A DNA stretch of 64,000 bases from NCBI GenBank assembly GCA_964460785.1, contig CAYWQB010000001.1, positions 515,234 through 579,233 of the forward strand, given 5' to 3'. The first letter of the stretch is position 1. Every line of letters begins with the position of its first letter. This DNA comes from an uncultured bacterium. Lineage in GTDB: Bacteria; Chlamydiota; Chlamydiia; Chlamydiales; CAYWQB01. The translations under genes were made by a program, and so were the position numbers. Positions 9,428 to 19,051 of the stretch are shown here, piece after piece. The notes beneath the pieces were generated by a model. That model was not told the origin of the DNA and made no database searches. It saw only the letters and a program-made list of their open reading frames with translations.

Positions 9428-10170
9428 GGCTTACACGTTACCTTTTTGCGATTCTTTCTATCTTTGGTGCCTGGCAACTTTTATCTTTCTGGGTAGGCAA
9501 TGAGATTTTTCCAAGCCCTTGGGCAACTCTCCAAGCCTTTACCCAGCAGCTTCCTGTCCGCCTAGCAAAAGATATGTTGGTCAGTACCTATCGTGTGACA
9601 CTTGGACTTGGTATTGCTATTTGTATTGCACACCCATTGGGCCTTATTTCTGGTAGAGAGAGATGCCTAGACCAATATCTGACTCCCATCATCCAGGTAT
9701 TATATCCCATTCCTAAAATTATTTTTCTCCCGATTATCTTTATTCTGCTTGGGATTGGAGACTTAGCTAAAATTTCTCTAATCGCTTTGAAAGCTGGTTT
9801 TCAAATTCTTGTGATTAGCCATGATTATTCCAAGGGGCTGAGCCAAACATACTTTGATTCTATGCGAACACTAGGAGGAGGGAAGCGCCATTTTTACTTC
9901 CACATTTTGTGGCCTAGCAGCTTACCTTCCTTATTTACTGCGATACGCATCAACTTAGGAACAGCTCTTTCGATTCTTTTCATTAGTGAGAGCTATGCAA
10001 CGCAGTATGGAATTGGAGCCTACATCATGGATGCTTTTGGGCGCTTCAACACCCTACAGATGCTTGCTGGCACCTTTGGGATGGCCATACTTGGAGTCAG
10101 TATGTTCTTTATGGTTAATTTACTAGAGAAGGTTTTTTGCCCCTGGCATCACCTAGCTAAAGAAAATTAG
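9424..10170 (+). CDS. ABC transporter permease (NitT/TauT family, BPD_transp_1 type)
   Basis: 248 aa and about 6 TM segments. There is an ATGA start/stop overlap with the ATPase gene. Confidence 0.8.
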   Translation: MRLTRYLFAILSIFGAWQLLSFWVGNEIFPSPWATLQAFTQQLPVRLAKDMLVSTYRVTLGLGIAICIAHPLGLISGRERCLDQYLTPIIQVLYPIPKIIFLPIIFILLGIGDLAKISLIALKAGFQILVISHDYSKGLSQTYFDSMRTLGGGKRHFYFHILWPSSLPSLFTAIRINLGTALSILFISESYATQYGIGAYIMDAFGRFNTLQMLAGTFGMAILGVSMFFMVNLLEKVFCPWHHLAKEN

Positions 10171-10202
10171 TCCGGCTATTTTATAGAATCTTCCTCCCCT
10201 CG

Positions 10203-10232
10203 TTGACGCTCAGATCGGGAACATGTTATGCT
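10203..10232 (+). promoter_or_regulatory. candidate sigma70-type promoter for valS
   Basis: TTGACG at 10203-10208, then TTATGC (17-nt spacer) or TATGCT (18-nt spacer) at 10226-10232. This lies about 35 nt upstream of the valS ATG. Confidence 0.3.
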
Positions 10233-10265
10233 GCTAGCTAAACCTAAAAAATTGATGAGATAGAA

Positions 10266-13121
10266 ATGCAAGAAATGGACAAGACCTACGCCCCTCAACA
10301 GGTTGATGAAAAGTGGTATACACTTTGGGAAGAGAAGGGGTACTTCCATGCTGACCCTGAATCTGAACGTCCCCCCTTTTCTATCTCGCTACCTCCTCCC
10401 AATGTGACGGGCTCGCTACACATGGGCCACGCCTTTCAACAAACACTCTCTGATGTTCTCATTCGCTACAAACGCATGAATCAGTTCGAAGCAATGTGGC
10501 TTCCTGGCACAGACCATGCGGGGATTGCAACCCAGACTGTGGTTGAAAAGCACTTAATGAAAACTGAAGGCAAAAAACGCAAAGACTATGAAAGAGAAGA
10601 GTTTCTTTCTCATGTGTGGCAATGGAAGGAAGAAAAACAAGATCGGATTCTAAGCCAGCTGCGCAAATTAGGGTCATCTCTTGACTGGGAGCGATTAAGC
10701 TTCACGATGGATGAGCCAAGAGCCAAGGCGGTTAAAAAGCTTTTCAAGCGCATGTTTGATGAGGGCCTGATCTATCAAGGTGACTACCTGGTGAACTGGG
10801 ACCCTGTGACGCAGACTGCAATTGCAGATGATGAGGTGGAGTATGAAGATCAAGAGACTTTCCTTTGGCACTTCCGTTACCGCCTAAAAAATGATCCTTC
10901 TCAATCTTTAGAGGTCGCAACAACTCGACCCGAAACGATTCTGGGAGATACAGCAGTTGCTGTTTCCCCCAAGGACCCTCGCTTTAAGGGTCTCATTGGG
11001 CAAGAGGTTCTCCATCCTGTTACTGATCAAGCCATCCCTATTGTTGCCGATCCATTTGTAGATCCTGAATTTGGCACCGGAGTGGTCAAAATCACCCCAG
11101 CCCATGACCCAAATGACTACCAAGTCGGAGAACGCTGTGGGCTTCCTTTTATCAATATTATGACTCCAGATGGTCATATCAATGAAAATGGAGGCTCTTA
11201 CCAAGGCCTTACGATGCTTGAAGCTAGAGAAGCTATTGTGAAAGATCTAGGGCAAAAGGGCTTATTTGTAAAAAAGGAGCCCTACCACCACCGCGTTGGG
11301 CTTGCAGATCGTTCACGCGCTGTCATCGAGCCATATATTTCCAAACAATGGTTTGTGAAAATGGGGCCATTTAAAGAGCGTTTGCGAGAGCTTGTAGAAT
11401 CTGGTGAAGTACAAATCACGCCGAAAAGCTGGAAGCAAACCTACTTTCACTGGATTGATAACTTAAGAGACTGGTGCATCAGCCGGCAGTTATGGTGGGG
11501 GCACCGCATCCCTATCTGGTATAATAAGCAAGATCCAAGTCAAATGATCTGCTACGATGGTGAGGGACTTCCTCCTGAAGTTGAAAAAGACCCATCCGCT
11601 TGGGAGCAAGATGAAGATGTTCTAGACACCTGGTTTTCTTCTGGTCTGTGGCCCTTTAGCACTCTTGGGTGGCCTGAGCAAAATGCAAGCTTAGAAAAGT
11701 TTTTTCCTAACAGTGTGCTGATCACTGGTCACGATATTCTATTCTTTTGGGTCGCTCGCATGATGATGATGAGTGACTACGCTTTTGGGAAACCTCCCTT
11801 TAAACAAGTCTTCCTCCACGGGATTATCTTTGGTAAGTCATACTGGCAAACAGATAGTGAGGGACATACTAAGTATCTCTCCCCTAAAGAAACCCTCCCT
11901 TATGAACTTGGAGAAAAGCCAGTTCCTAAAGGAGTTCAGTCTCGATGGGAAAAAATGTCGAAGACAAAAGGGAATGTCATTGACCCTCTTGAACTGATTG
12001 AAGACTACGGAACGGATGCTGTGCGCATGGCTCTCTGCGCCTCTTGCTCTCACCTCCCACAAATCGACCTCGATCGACGGCGCTTTGAAGACTACAAAAA
12101 CTTTACGAATAAAGTTTGGAATGGCGCCCGTTTTGTCATGATGAGTTTAAAGGGAGATGAACGTTCTCCAGAGCTCTCTCGTTTAACTGCTGAAGAGTTA
12201 GCTCAAGGCATTGATTCAGAGCGATTGCAGCTTGAAGATTACTGGATCCTATCCTCTCTTAACCGCACAATTGAAGATGTTCGAGAGAGGCTCGAAACTT
12301 TTCAGTTTGATCAAGCGACCTCTGCTGCATACTCCTTTTTCTGGAAAAACTTTTGTGCCTATTACGTAGAGATCTCTAAACCTTACCTCTTCTTAAAACA
12401 AGGGTCTCCAGAGCAAAGAAAAAATAAGCAGCGTATCCTAGCCACAGTACTTCTATCTTCGATGCGCTTGTTGCATCCTATGGCTCCTTTCATTACAGAA
12501 GAGATCTTTTCTATCTTACAGCAGTTTTTCAAGGGGTTATCCGCTTCTACCACAGACCCCTATACGAAAGAGTTAGATAAAGCCTTAGCTTCTCCTTCCT
12601 GTATGGTGGCCCCTTATCCAGTGCCTATTGATCAGGATAACCATAAGTTTGAAAAAGCAGATAAAGTCTTTGGTCTTATTGAACGTGTTGTCTATAGCAT
12701 CCGCAATATTCGTGGAGAAATGAAAATCTCTCCAGGTGAACGCACTGATCTTTACGTTGTTGCGGACCAAGGTTCCGAGCTACAGGAAAGCATCAAAAGC
12801 AATGAAGTCATCCTTCATGCTCTAACACGCATTGGCACGATTCACTATGTACATGAGCTCCCTGAAAATGAGTCTGGAAGCACAGCTGCAATTCGTGATG
12901 TCACTCTTTTCTTACCTATTCCTGCGCATTTGCTAGAAAAAGAAAAACTACGCCTAGAGAAAGAAAAAGAGCGCTTGCAAGCAAACTTTGAAAAAATCTC
13001 AAAGCAACTTGAGAACCCACAGTTTGTGGAGAGAGCGCCTCAGCACCTAGTTGAAAAGCAGCGTTCTATTATGAATAAAACGCTCATGGAACTTAAAGCC
13101 ATTGAAGATAAGCTGAACTAA
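10266..13121 (+). CDS. valS: valyl-tRNA synthetase
   Basis: 951 aa with HIGH-type SLHMGHAF, KMSKS-type EKMSKTKGN and a C-terminal coiled coil. Confidence 0.97.
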   Translation: MQEMDKTYAPQQVDEKWYTLWEEKGYFHADPESERPPFSISLPPPNVTGSLHMGHAFQQTLSDVLIRYKRMNQFEAMWLPGTDHAGIATQTVVEKHLMKTEGKKRKDYEREEFLSHVWQWKEEKQDRILSQLRKLGSSLDWERLSFTMDEPRAKAVKKLFKRMFDEGLIYQGDYLVNWDPVTQTAIADDEVEYEDQETFLWHFRYRLKNDPSQSLEVATTRPETILGDTAVAVSPKDPRFKGLIGQEVLHPVTDQAIPIVADPFVDPEFGTGVVKITPAHDPNDYQVGERCGLPFINIMTPDGHINENGGSYQGLTMLEAREAIVKDLGQKGLFVKKEPYHHRVGLADRSRAVIEPYISKQWFVKMGPFKERLRELVESGEVQITPKSWKQTYFHWIDNLRDWCISRQLWWGHRIPIWYNKQDPSQMICYDGEGLPPEVEKDPSAWEQDEDVLDTWFSSGLWPFSTLGWPEQNASLEKFFPNSVLITGHDILFFWVARMMMMSDYAFGKPPFKQVFLHGIIFGKSYWQTDSEGHTKYLSPKETLPYELGEKPVPKGVQSRWEKMSKTKGNVIDPLELIEDYGTDAVRMALCASCSHLPQIDLDRRRFEDYKNFTNKVWNGARFVMMSLKGDERSPELSRLTAEELAQGIDSERLQLEDYWILSSLNRTIEDVRERLETFQFDQATSAAYSFFWKNFCAYYVEISKPYLFLKQGSPEQRKNKQRILATVLLSSMRLLHPMAPFITEEIFSILQQFFKGLSASTTDPYTKELDKALASPSCMVAPYPVPIDQDNHKFEKADKVFGLIERVVYSIRNIRGEMKISPGERTDLYVVADQGSELQESIKSNEVILHALTRIGTIHYVHELPENESGSTAAIRDVTLFLPIPAHLLEKEKLRLEKEKERLQANFEKISKQLENPQFVERAPQHLVEKQRSIMNKTLMELKAIEDKLN

Positions 13122-13131
13122 GCAGGCTTGC

Positions 13132-14445
13132 TTATGTTCGTTTATGGATCATGCTTAGCTCTGTTTTAACCTCTTTTGCTAGCACAAGCAGTGCTAGCAA
13201 ATTGGGAAGGGCCATCAACCCATTTGCTATATCAGCATAGAGCCAAACAAAATCGATAGAGCATAGCGCTCCTACAACAAGGAGCATGCAAAATAAAAGC
13301 CGATAAGGCTTGATGGCGCGGCTCCCGAATAAATAGAGCAAGCATCGTTCTCCATAAAAAGCCCACCCTAAAGCTGTAGAATACCCAAACATCAGCAATG
13401 CGATGCCAACAACCCAGCCTCCGAAAAAGAGCTTCTTTTCAAAAGCTGCAATCGTCAAACAAGCACCTTTTAAAGACTCTGACTCAAGCGCTCCTGTTAG
13501 GAGGATCACAAGCCCTGTGATTGTACAAACAAGGCAAGTAGAAAGAAATGTCCCTGCCATTGAGACTATCCCCTGATAGGCAGGAAGGGGAACTTTTGCT
13601 TCAGCACTTGCAATCGGTGCACTCCCTAATCCCGCTTCACTAGAAAAAATTCCTCTAGCAATACCGGAACGCAGAGCAAGCATAATTGTACCGCCCAGGG
13701 CTCCTCCTGCAGCAGCTTTTGGGGAAAATGCCTCAGAAAAAATTAAGCCAAATGCAGAAGGGATATCACGCCAGTAAAAAAGAACGACAGATAAGCCCGC
13801 TGCACAATACACGGCTCCCATAATGGGAACACAGAAAGAAGCTACTTTTCCTATACGCTTCACACCTCCAATCAATACTACCCCTACAGCTAGAGCCAAA
13901 GCGATACCTGAAAAAAGCGGAGGTACTTGAAATAGCTTTTGCATTCCATCTGCAACAGAATGCGCTTGTACAAAGTTTCCAAGACCTAATGAAGAAGCCA
14001 AGCAAAAAACTGCAAATAAGCCTCCAAAGAAACGCCATTTCAAAGCATGAGTAATGTAAAACATGGGCCCGCCCGCTACAGAACCATCACCATAATGCAT
14101 GCGATAGCGGAGGCTTAGGGTATTCTCTGCAAAGCTTGTAGCCATTCCTAGAACACCAACTACCCACATCCAAAAAAGAGCTCCTACTCCTCCTGTAGTC
14201 ATAGCAGTGGCTACACCAGCAATATTCCCTACCCCTACAATGCCTGCCATAGCAGTCATCAGTGCTTGCACAGGACTCAAGCTACCTTCTGAAGAGCTTT
14301 TTGGTGTCTTAAATAGGAAGTGCAAGCAAGTTTTAAGGTGACAAAACTGCACGCCCTTCAGGTAAATAGTATAAAAAAGAGCCACACCTACAATTAAGGC
14401 TAAAGTGACTGGGCTCCAAACAACTTGGTGAATAGCGGTTAGCAT
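13132..14445 (-). CDS. alanine/glycine:cation symporter (AGCS family), distal copy
   Basis: 437 aa and polytopic, with GGVGALFWMW and SEAGLGSAPIA motifs typical of sodium:alanine symporters. Confidence 0.9.
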   Translation of the reverse strand: MLTAIHQVVWSPVTLALIVGVALFYTIYLKGVQFCHLKTCLHFLFKTPKSSSEGSLSPVQALMTAMAGIVGVGNIAGVATAMTTGGVGALFWMWVVGVLGMATSFAENTLSLRYRMHYGDGSVAGGPMFYITHALKWRFFGGLFAVFCLASSLGLGNFVQAHSVADGMQKLFQVPPLFSGIALALAVGVVLIGGVKRIGKVASFCVPIMGAVYCAAGLSVVLFYWRDIPSAFGLIFSEAFSPKAAAGGALGGTIMLALRSGIARGIFSSEAGLGSAPIASAEAKVPLPAYQGIVSMAGTFLSTCLVCTITGLVILLTGALESESLKGACLTIAAFEKKLFFGGWVVGIALLMFGYSTALGWAFYGERCLLYLFGSRAIKPYRLLFCMLLVVGALCSIDFVWLYADIANGLMALPNLLALLVLAKEVKTELSMIHKRT

Positions 14446-15797
14446 ACTTTATTCCGCTGTCCAAAGTATTTTTTTGCTTCTTTGATCACTACAGGAGAGA
14501 GAAATAGGATACCAATCAAGTTAGGAAAAGCCATCATCCCATTCACAATATCAGCAATTAACCAAACCATATCCAAGCTCAAAATAGCGCCTGGGATGAT
14601 TAAAAGAGTAAATAGTGCACGATAAAAGACAATCACCTTTACGCCAAACAAGTACTCAATACACTCTTCCCCATAGTAGGCCCAGCCCAATATCGTGGAG
14701 TATCCAAATAAGGCCACTCCAATGGTCACCAGAACTCCTCCATAGGGGATGGCTCGATTGAATGCTTCGATTGTCAAGCTACAACCACTTAGCACGCACC
14801 CTGTAGCATTTGCATCGCCTAGAACTCCCGTCACAGCAATTGCTAAACCAGTAATTGTACAAACAATCATCGTAGCAAGAAAAGGAGCGGTCATCGCAAT
14901 GCAAGCTTGCCGTACGGGTTCATGTGTTTTAGCAGCGGCTGCTGCAATTGGAGCTGTACCTAACCCTACTTCATTAGAGAAGATCCCTCTTGAAACCCCC
15001 ATTTGTACAGCAAGTAAAAAGCTGGATCCTGCAAAGCCTCCAACAGCAGCCTGGCCGCTAAATGCACTTTTCACAATCAAAGCAAGAGCGGCAGGGATTT
15101 GCTCGATATGAAGAATAATGACGATCAGGCCAGCTAAAAAATAAAATAGGCTCATCAAGGGAACGAAAAAACCTGTGAACTTACCGATTCTTCGGATACC
15201 TCCTAGAAGAACCACGCCTGCTAAGGCACATAGAATCACACCTGATACAATCGGAGAAAAGCCAAAGGAGGTTTCTAGAGACTCAGCAATCGAGTATGAT
15301 TGTACAAGGTTACCTGTCCCAATTGCAGCGATTGCAGCGAAAGAAGCAAAGAGAACAGCAAGCCACTTCCATCCCAGCCCTCGTTCAATATAGTACATTG
15401 GCCCACCAGCCATACGGCCTCGGCAATCCTTGAGGCGATACTTCACAGCTAAGCACGACTCGCTAAAGCTAGTTGCCATGCCAAACAGAGCTGTTAACCA
15501 CATCCAAAATAGGCTGCCGATTCCGCCTGCAGCGATTGCTGTAGCCACTCCACCAATACTCCCAATGCCAATAATACCAGCAAGGGCTGTCGTTAAAGCC
15601 TGAAAGGGAGTGATATCTCCCGGTTCACTCTGCTTATCTTTCGTGAAGACTAAGCGAAAAGCATAGATAAGTTTGGTAAATTGCACACCGCGCAAGCGAA
15701 ATGTCAAATAAAACCCGGTTCCCACTAACAAGCAGAGAAGCACTGGGCTCCAGACTAAAGAACGAATATAATCAAGAGATTGAGGACAAGCCATCAC
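14439..15797 (-). CDS. alanine/glycine:cation symporter (AGCS family), proximal copy
   Basis: 452 aa and paralogous to the downstream gene (GGIGSLFWMW, NEVGLGTAPIA). The track start is GTG 15797; the in-frame ATG at 15794 is an equally plausible start. Confidence 0.9.
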   Translation of the reverse strand: MMACPQSLDYIRSLVWSPVLLCLLVGTGFYLTFRLRGVQFTKLIYAFRLVFTKDKQSEPGDITPFQALTTALAGIIGIGSIGGVATAIAAGGIGSLFWMWLTALFGMATSFSESCLAVKYRLKDCRGRMAGGPMYYIERGLGWKWLAVLFASFAAIAAIGTGNLVQSYSIAESLETSFGFSPIVSGVILCALAGVVLLGGIRRIGKFTGFFVPLMSLFYFLAGLIVIILHIEQIPAALALIVKSAFSGQAAVGGFAGSSFLLAVQMGVSRGIFSNEVGLGTAPIAAAAAKTHEPVRQACIAMTAPFLATMIVCTITGLAIAVTGVLGDANATGCVLSGCSLTIEAFNRAIPYGGVLVTIGVALFGYSTILGWAYYGEECIEYLFGVKVIVFYRALFTLLIIPGAILSLDMVWLIADIVNGMMAFPNLIGILFLSPVVIKEAKKYFGQRNKVC

Positions 15798-16068
15798 AAC
15801 CAGTCATTTTTCTTCTAAAGGTCGTGTGACCTTAGCAAAAAATGTCTTAAGCTCAAAGGTTTTCTCTTACAGCCTTAATAAAAGGATGTTCACCCAAAAA
15901 GAAAGCAAGCAAAACTGTTATCACACTATAACAGTACAAGAAGTACACCTGTTAATAGGCAGAAGTTAAGGACTGGATTGATTGGGTTGATTTGTATTTT
16001 TCTCCCTCTATCAAACGTCCTACTCTACAATAAATGAGTTCAAATACCTAATTATTAAGATTTCTTAA

Positions 16069-16096
16069 TTGCTAATTAATATTAAATTAATATAAA
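16069..16096 (+). promoter_or_regulatory. candidate sigma70-type promoter for ORF 16132
   Basis: TTGCTA (16069-16074), a 16-nt AT-rich spacer, then TATAAA (16091-16096). Confidence 0.4.
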
Positions 16097-16098
16097 AT

Positions 16099-16126
16099 AG
16101 TTCCTTTTCCGAAAAACAAAGGAACT
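16099..16126 (+). promoter_or_regulatory. hairpin whose 3' arm contains the Shine-Dalgarno of ORF 16132
   Basis: AGTTCCTTT (16099-16107) is the perfect reverse complement of AAAGGAACT (16118-16126), with a 10-nt loop. The AGGA of the 3' arm lies 6-10 nt upstream of ATG 16132. Confidence 0.3.
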
Positions 16127-16131
16127 TTATC

Positions 16132-16911
16132 ATGTCTATTCAAGAATGTAACTCTAATCAAAGCCAATTTTTCTGCTTATTTAATAACTTAGAAGAAGCC
16201 TCTGCTCGCGAAGTAGAAGAGCGTATCATTAGCGCCTCTCAACTCATCAATGATGCAGAATTCCAAGCTAGTCAGAAGTCTTACTATCCAACAGTCGATC
16301 ACACCACTCAGCAACTAAAAAGCGCGATTGACTGCCTAAATACTGTTTACCAACAAAAAGTTCATACTTCTGCAGAAAAGCAGTCAAGTTTGCACTTTAT
16401 TTCTGCAGGCAATGCGTTTCAATCTGCAGCACAAGCGAATAAAAAGCTTACTATCAACGACCTAAGAAATCTGCCCTACAAATCTGGTAACCTTGCAAGT
16501 AAGCTGGCAAAGGTCGCTGCTGTGAAAGCTGCAGTTCCTAACTGGAAGGCTGAAATCTATGAAGATCATACAATTAAAGTTCGTGGTTTCACACTATATA
16601 GCATCCGTATGGTCAATGAAAATGGAGACCATGTAAATGGTAAACACTCTGCCACCTATAGCTATACTTCTGACAAAAAAGGCTTAGAGGCTGAGTTAAG
16701 TCAGACAGAGAAAGAGCTAAAAGACAAGTATCTTTCTGAGTGTGATAAGATGGTTGAGCAATTAACGAACCCTCCTAAACCTCCAGTCCTTAAAAAGCAG
16801 CCAGCTAAGGAAAGCGAGAAGAAGGCAAATACAGCTAGCTCTAGCTTTTGGGAAACAATCCAAAAGCCATTTAAAGCTGTAGCAAACTGGTTTCGCTCTT
16901 GGTTTTCTTAA
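16132..16911 (+). CDS. hypothetical protein, no recognisable domain
   Basis: 259-aa ORF with its own promoter-like sequence and SD, and a strong terminator just downstream. It has no signal peptide or TM segment, and its C-terminus is Lys/Pro-rich. Confidence 0.55.
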   Translation: MSIQECNSNQSQFFCLFNNLEEASAREVEERIISASQLINDAEFQASQKSYYPTVDHTTQQLKSAIDCLNTVYQQKVHTSAEKQSSLHFISAGNAFQSAAQANKKLTINDLRNLPYKSGNLASKLAKVAAVKAAVPNWKAEIYEDHTIKVRGFTLYSIRMVNENGDHVNGKHSATYSYTSDKKGLEAELSQTEKELKDKYLSECDKMVEQLTNPPKPPVLKKQPAKESEKKANTASSSFWETIQKPFKAVANWFRSWFS

Positions 16912-16937
16912 TATAAGTCTTTCATCATTGAAGGCAT

Positions 16938-16977
16938 AAAAAAGCCTCTGGAGCGATTCGCTCCAGAGGCTTTTTTT
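16938..16977. terminator. bidirectional rho-independent terminator between convergent genes
   Basis: A perfect 12-bp stem, GCCTCTGGAGCG (16944-16955) paired with CGCTCCAGAGGC (16959-16970). It is flanked by A6 (16938-16943) and T7 (16971-16977). Confidence 0.8.
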
Positions 16978-17001
16978 ATGATATGTGAAGAGAAGAAATC
17001 T

Positions 17002-18285
17002 TTAGAAAAGAACCCCTTGCAAAAAGTAGCAAGCAAATCCCACGACATAAGCAACAATCGCAATTGGAGTTACCTTCTTTAGGTACCAGCCAAAGCTCAC
17101 AGACTCCATTCCCATATAGGCAATACCTGCGGCAGATCCAATCACCGTGATACTTCCTCCAGTCCCTGCACAAAATGCAATAAGCTCCCAAAACGAGTGA
17201 TTTGGAGGGTAAGCTGCAAGATCATACATTCCCATGATTGCTGCAACAAGAGGTACATTATCAAGGAAGGAAGAAATAGCCCCTAAGCTAAAAGCAAGAA
17301 GAGAGCTGGAAGGAAGCCATGCAGCAAGTTTTTCTGCAAAAAGAGCTAAGACCCCTGCACTTTCTAGCGCACTAACTGCGAGAAGAATCCCTAGAAAAAA
17401 GATAACTGTCGAAAAGTCTACGCGGGCCAGGGCTCGACATGCACGGTATTTCTGTCGTTTGTCATCTTTGCTATGTAAGATATCGACAATCACCCATAAC
17501 GCTCCTAATCCAATAAATACATTAATGAAAGGGGGCAGCCCTAGTAGGGATTTCAATACAGGCACACAAAGAAGAGCAGATATGCCCAAAAAGGTCACTA
17601 ACTTCCCATAAGGAACAGGCTTCTCTTCTTCTTTTTGCCAAGACTCTTGTGTTTGTCCTTTAAACATCCAGGAGGTTAAGCCCAAACATGCCAATAGCGT
17701 CATTAAGCTTGGGATAAAGAGATGGCTCATTAGAGGCATCGTTTCTAACTGTCCCCCAATCCATAGCATCGTTGTAGTTACATCCCCAATAGGAGTCCAT
17801 GCTCCCCCTGCATTTGCAGCGATCACTGCAATAGCACCAAAAATCAGGCGATCTTCCTTCTTATTTAACAGCTTTTTCAAGAGGGTCACAATAATAATGG
17901 TGGTGGTCAGGTTGTCGAGTATGGCGGATAAAAAGAAGGATAAAAACCCAACGATCCACAGCATGGAGACCTTAGACCTTGCGCTAACTAGGTTTGTGAC
18001 CATTGAAAACCCTTGATGAATTTCAATGACTTCTACAATAGCCATGGCTCCAATCAGGAAAAATACGACTTGACTGGTCGCAAAAATATGCTCTCCCAAA
18101 ATATGGGTCTTCTGATCAATTGGTAAGCTGGAAAACCCAAAATAGAGAGCCCAAAGAAGGGTTCCCCCAATAAGAGCTGCTGCAGCTTTATTAATCTTCA
18201 TCACATGTTCAAAAAGGATTAAGAAATAAGCTAATGAAAAAACCCCTATTAGAAGGGTGAAGCTAACCGGAATGTACTGAATCAT
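17002..18285 (-). CDS. nhaD: NhaD/ArsB-family Na+/H+ antiporter
   Basis: 427 aa and about 11-12 TM segments, with blocks AILDNLTTT and AANAGGAWTPIGDVTTTMLW typical of NhaD-type antiporters. Confidence 0.8.
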   Translation of the reverse strand: MIQYIPVSFTLLIGVFSLAYFLILFEHVMKINKAAAALIGGTLLWALYFGFSSLPIDQKTHILGEHIFATSQVVFFLIGAMAIVEVIEIHQGFSMVTNLVSARSKVSMLWIVGFLSFFLSAILDNLTTTIIIVTLLKKLLNKKEDRLIFGAIAVIAANAGGAWTPIGDVTTTMLWIGGQLETMPLMSHLFIPSLMTLLACLGLTSWMFKGQTQESWQKEEEKPVPYGKLVTFLGISALLCVPVLKSLLGLPPFINVFIGLGALWVIVDILHSKDDKRQKYRACRALARVDFSTVIFFLGILLAVSALESAGVLALFAEKLAAWLPSSSLLAFSLGAISSFLDNVPLVAAIMGMYDLAAYPPNHSFWELIAFCAGTGGSITVIGSAAGIAYMGMESVSFGWYLKKVTPIAIVAYVVGFACYFLQGVLF

Positions 18286-18458
18286 GAAATAATGAAATAT
18301 TTTATTTTTTAAATTTTAGAGAAAGATTTTACCTTTGAAAGTCTTTTAAATCAATGAAGCTCAATTTAATAAAAAACTATTTTAACACATCTCTCCATTG
18401 TTTTTAACAATAAAACAACATAAATTTTGCAATTCTCCAGTAAATAGAAGGCTAAAGA

Positions 18459-19049
18459 ATGACTCGAATCTCAAGCAAAGCTGCAAAATCACCTAAATCC
18501 CCTCCAAAAAGTCCAGAAAAGCCAACTCAGAAAGGCAAGAAAAAAGCAAAAGCCCACCAAATTGCTTCAAAAGCGATCAATCAATCCTCTCTGGCATCTT
18601 CTTCTAAAGTCATAAAAGCGGAACAATCCAAACTCACAGCTAAAGAAAGTAAACTCTTTAATGTGTATGCACAGGTATTCAAAGATCTCTCTTTAAAGGC
18701 TAAGAGTTTAGGCATCTTGGCAAAAGCCCGGGTCCTTGCCTCTGCAATAAGTAGTGGGCTTTCTCTCTCTTCTTATACAGATGCTTGGGGCGATCTGCTG
18801 CAGGCTGAAAATGGAGACCGTCAAGAGGATCTGCCCATTGAGGGAAGCACTGTCGAAAAGCAAAAGCAGGAAGCTTGGAAAAATGCCAAAGGCAAGTCCA
18901 AAGTAGAAGCCCAAAAATCTTTTATCAAACAGTATGAAACAGTCTGCTCTAGTGATGACTCTCGGAAAGGAGCTATTGCCATATGCCAAGCTATAGGCCT
19001 AGACTTAGAACAGACAGAGGAAAAGTATAAAAAGCAGTTTAAGGTCTAA
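18459..19049 (+). CDS. hypothetical protein with a Lys/Ser/Pro-rich (SPKK-like) N-terminus
   Basis: 196 aa. The N-terminus reads SSKAAKSPKSPPKSPEKPTQKGKKKAKAH. GAAGG lies 7 nt upstream of the ATG. I recognise no domain. Confidence 0.55.
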   Translation: MTRISSKAAKSPKSPPKSPEKPTQKGKKKAKAHQIASKAINQSSLASSSKVIKAEQSKLTAKESKLFNVYAQVFKDLSLKAKSLGILAKARVLASAISSGLSLSSYTDAWGDLLQAENGDRQEDLPIEGSTVEKQKQEAWKNAKGKSKVEAQKSFIKQYETVCSSDDSRKGAIAICQAIGLDLEQTEEKYKKQFKV

Positions 19050-19051
19050 AC

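Noticed and set aside
13119-13134. TAAGCA-GGCT-TGCTTA hairpin spanning the valS and AGCS stop codons, considered as a bidirectional terminator.
   Set aside because: It has only 6 bp, no flanking T or A tracts, and is too weak to call. It is noted under the convergent-junction finding.
15798-16020. Possible glycine riboswitch upstream of the AGCS symporter genes.
   Set aside because: I looked for the conserved ACCGAAGGGGCAA-type cores on the minus strand and found nothing similar. Only a 6-bp hairpin is present (15819-15834).
18284-18299. Tandem ATGAAATA ATGAAATA duplication at the nhaD start.
   Set aside because: It is a 16-nt AT-rich repeat within an AT-rich promoter region and is compatible with chance. 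I can argue no functional implication.
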